Part shown: piece after piece, positions 62,080 to 64,000 of the stretch
How the letters are laid out: each line of letters starts with the position of its first letter
Numbering within the stretch: position 1 is the first letter of the stretch
Position numbers and translations under genes: made by a program
Notes under the pieces: generated by a model
Database searches by the model: none
What the model saw: only the letters and a program-made list of their open reading frames with translations
What the model was told of the DNA's origin: nothing
Origin: Lama glama
Taxonomy: Eukaryota
Assembly (NCBI GenBank): GCA_028534125.1
Contig: CM052816.1
Span: forward strand, 744,001-808,000
Direction of reading: 5' to 3'
Length of the DNA: 64,000 nt

Positions 62080-63900
62080 GCATCAGCTTTTCTATTTCTG
62101 CAAAAAAGACCATTGAAATTTTAATAACAATTGCACTGAATGCATTTATAAATTTATGTATTACTGCCATTCTAACAATAATAACTTCTAATCCATGAAC
62201 ATGGGTTGTCTTTCGATTTATTTATGTCTTTTCAAATTTCTTTCAGCAGTGTTTTGTAGACTGCAGCGTACAACGATTTCATTTCTTTGGTGAATCTTAT
62301 TTTTAGTTTTTTTTTAATCCACTTAAAATGGAATGGTTTTATTAATTTCCTTTTTGGATTGCTGACTGCTAGTCTACAGGCACGCAACTGATTTCTGTAT
62401 GGTAAAAAGAAAGCTGTCTGCAACTTGACTGAATTTCCTCATTAGGTCTAACGGTTGTTGTGGGTTCTTTAGGATTTTCTATGTATAAGATTATGCCAAC
62501 TTTGAATTGGGTTAATTTACTTCTTCTTTTCCTTTTGAATGATTGTTATTTCCTTTTCCTGCCTACTTGCTCTGGTTATGGCTTCAGTATATGTCAAACA
62601 GAAATGCTGAAAGTGAGCATCCGTATTCTCTTGCTGATCTCAGAGGGAAGATATCAGTTTCCAATATTGAGTAAGATGTTAGCTGCGGGCTTTTTACAAA
62701 TGCCCACATCATGTTGGGGAATTTCCTTTCTATTCTTAGTTTAACTTTTTAAATTATGAAAATGTTTTGGATTTTGTAAAATACTTTTACTACATTAATT
62801 GAGATAATTATGTGGTTTTTTTCCTTCTTTATTCTGTTAATCTGGTGTATTACATTGATTGATTTTTGTATGTTCATCCAGATTTGAATTCCTGGGATAA
62901 GTCCCACTGGTCATGTTTCATACTCTTTTAAAAATGTTGCCAGATTCAGTCTGCTAGTATTTCGTTAAGGCATTTGCATTTATATTTACAAGGGATTTGG
63001 TCTACAGATTTCTTTTCTTTTAATGTCTTTGTCTGGCTTTCATATTAGGCCAGATACTTCTGGCTTCACAGAATGAATTAGGAAGTCTTTTCTCCTCTTC
63101 TATTTTTTGGGAAGAGTTTTAGAAGACTGATGTTAATTTTTCTTTACATGATGGACAGAATTCACCAGTGACACTATCTGGTACTGGGTGTTTCTTTCTT
63201 GGGAGGTTTTGGTAACTGATTCAGTCTCCTAACTTGTTGTAAGTGTATTCAGGTTGCCTATTTCTTCGTGAGACTATTTGGATAATTTGCATCATTCTTG
63301 GGTTTTGTTCATTTCATCTAAGTTATCTAGTCTGTTGTTGTATAATTCATCATTAGTATTCTCTTATCATTATTTTTACTTATTTTAGGTGGATAGTAAT
63401 GTCCCCTCTTAAATTTATGATTTAGTAATTTGAGTCTTCTCTTTTCTTAATCAGTCCAGTTAAAGTTCTGTCCATTTTGTTGACCTTTCAAAGAAACAAC
63501 ACGAGATTCTGTTGATTTTCTCTTTTCAAGATTTCTCTCTGCTCTAATCTGTATTATTCTCCTCCTTCGTCTATCTTTGTGTTTAGTTTGATCTTCTTTT
63601 TCTAGTTCCTTAAAGTGAAATGTTACATTATTGATCTTAGGTCTGTTTTTCTTTCTAATACAGAGTTTTACATTGACAAAATTTTCTCCAAGCACCGCTT
63701 GTGCTGCATTTATAAGTATCGTTCTATTTCATTTTTGTTCCTATGAAATTATTTTCCTGATTTTTCTTGTTCTTCCTTTTTTGACACATGGTTAAGAGCG
63801 TGTTGTTTCATTCCACATATTTGTGCATTTTCTAGTTTTTATATATAAATGATTTTTCATTTTATTTTATTGTGGTGGGACAAGATACTTAAGATAATTG
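62080..63900 (-). mobile_element. L1 ORF2 fragment, decayed
   Basis: KINNVTFHFKELEKEDQTK...IIQIRAE (63447-63695) and YKTLLKEI (62232-62423) ORF2 remnants. Confidence 0.9.
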
Positions 63901-64000
63901 GCCAGTTTCTAAAGAAAGTACACAGTTTCCCTGGGAGAGTGCCATTCAAACGGAAATCAGCCTATCCAGAGCTCATACCCCCACCTCCTCCTTTTTGGAC

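Overview
Mammalian genomic DNA, almost certainly camelid (alpaca/camel), judged from about 13 copies of the tRNA-derived Vic-1-type SINE. The window spans the head-to-head NLRP3 / ZNF496 (ZKSCAN17, NIZP1) interval. On the minus strand at the left edge is the first coding exon of NLRP3 (pyrin domain, ATG at 201, running off the window and missed by the ORF track), with a reconstructable non-coding leader and a TATA promoter near 2.55 kb. On the plus strand are the ZNF496 CpG-island promoter (about 36.8-38.1 kb) and three coding exons (40058-40447 SCAN, 40875-41058, 46659-46735); its KRAB and zinc-finger exons are not seen here. The rest is mostly transposon-derived: L1 fragments of several ages, ERV1/MaLR/ERVL LTRs (often nested), a near full-length Tigger1, and a non-coding ERV internal region with a tRNA-Leu PBS and a PPT. 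There are three assembly gaps. No novel protein-coding system was found. The most interesting signals are regulatory or mechanistic: uORFs in the NLRP3 leader, a MER41-like LTR upstream of NLRP3 with both GAS positions broken, three co-oriented CTCF motifs and orphan CpG patches between the genes, a SINE with an inverted T-arm, and retroposed transcript ends. Comparisons to human genes and repeat consensus sequences are from memory, not from a search; repeat boundaries are approximate unless a TSD is quoted.
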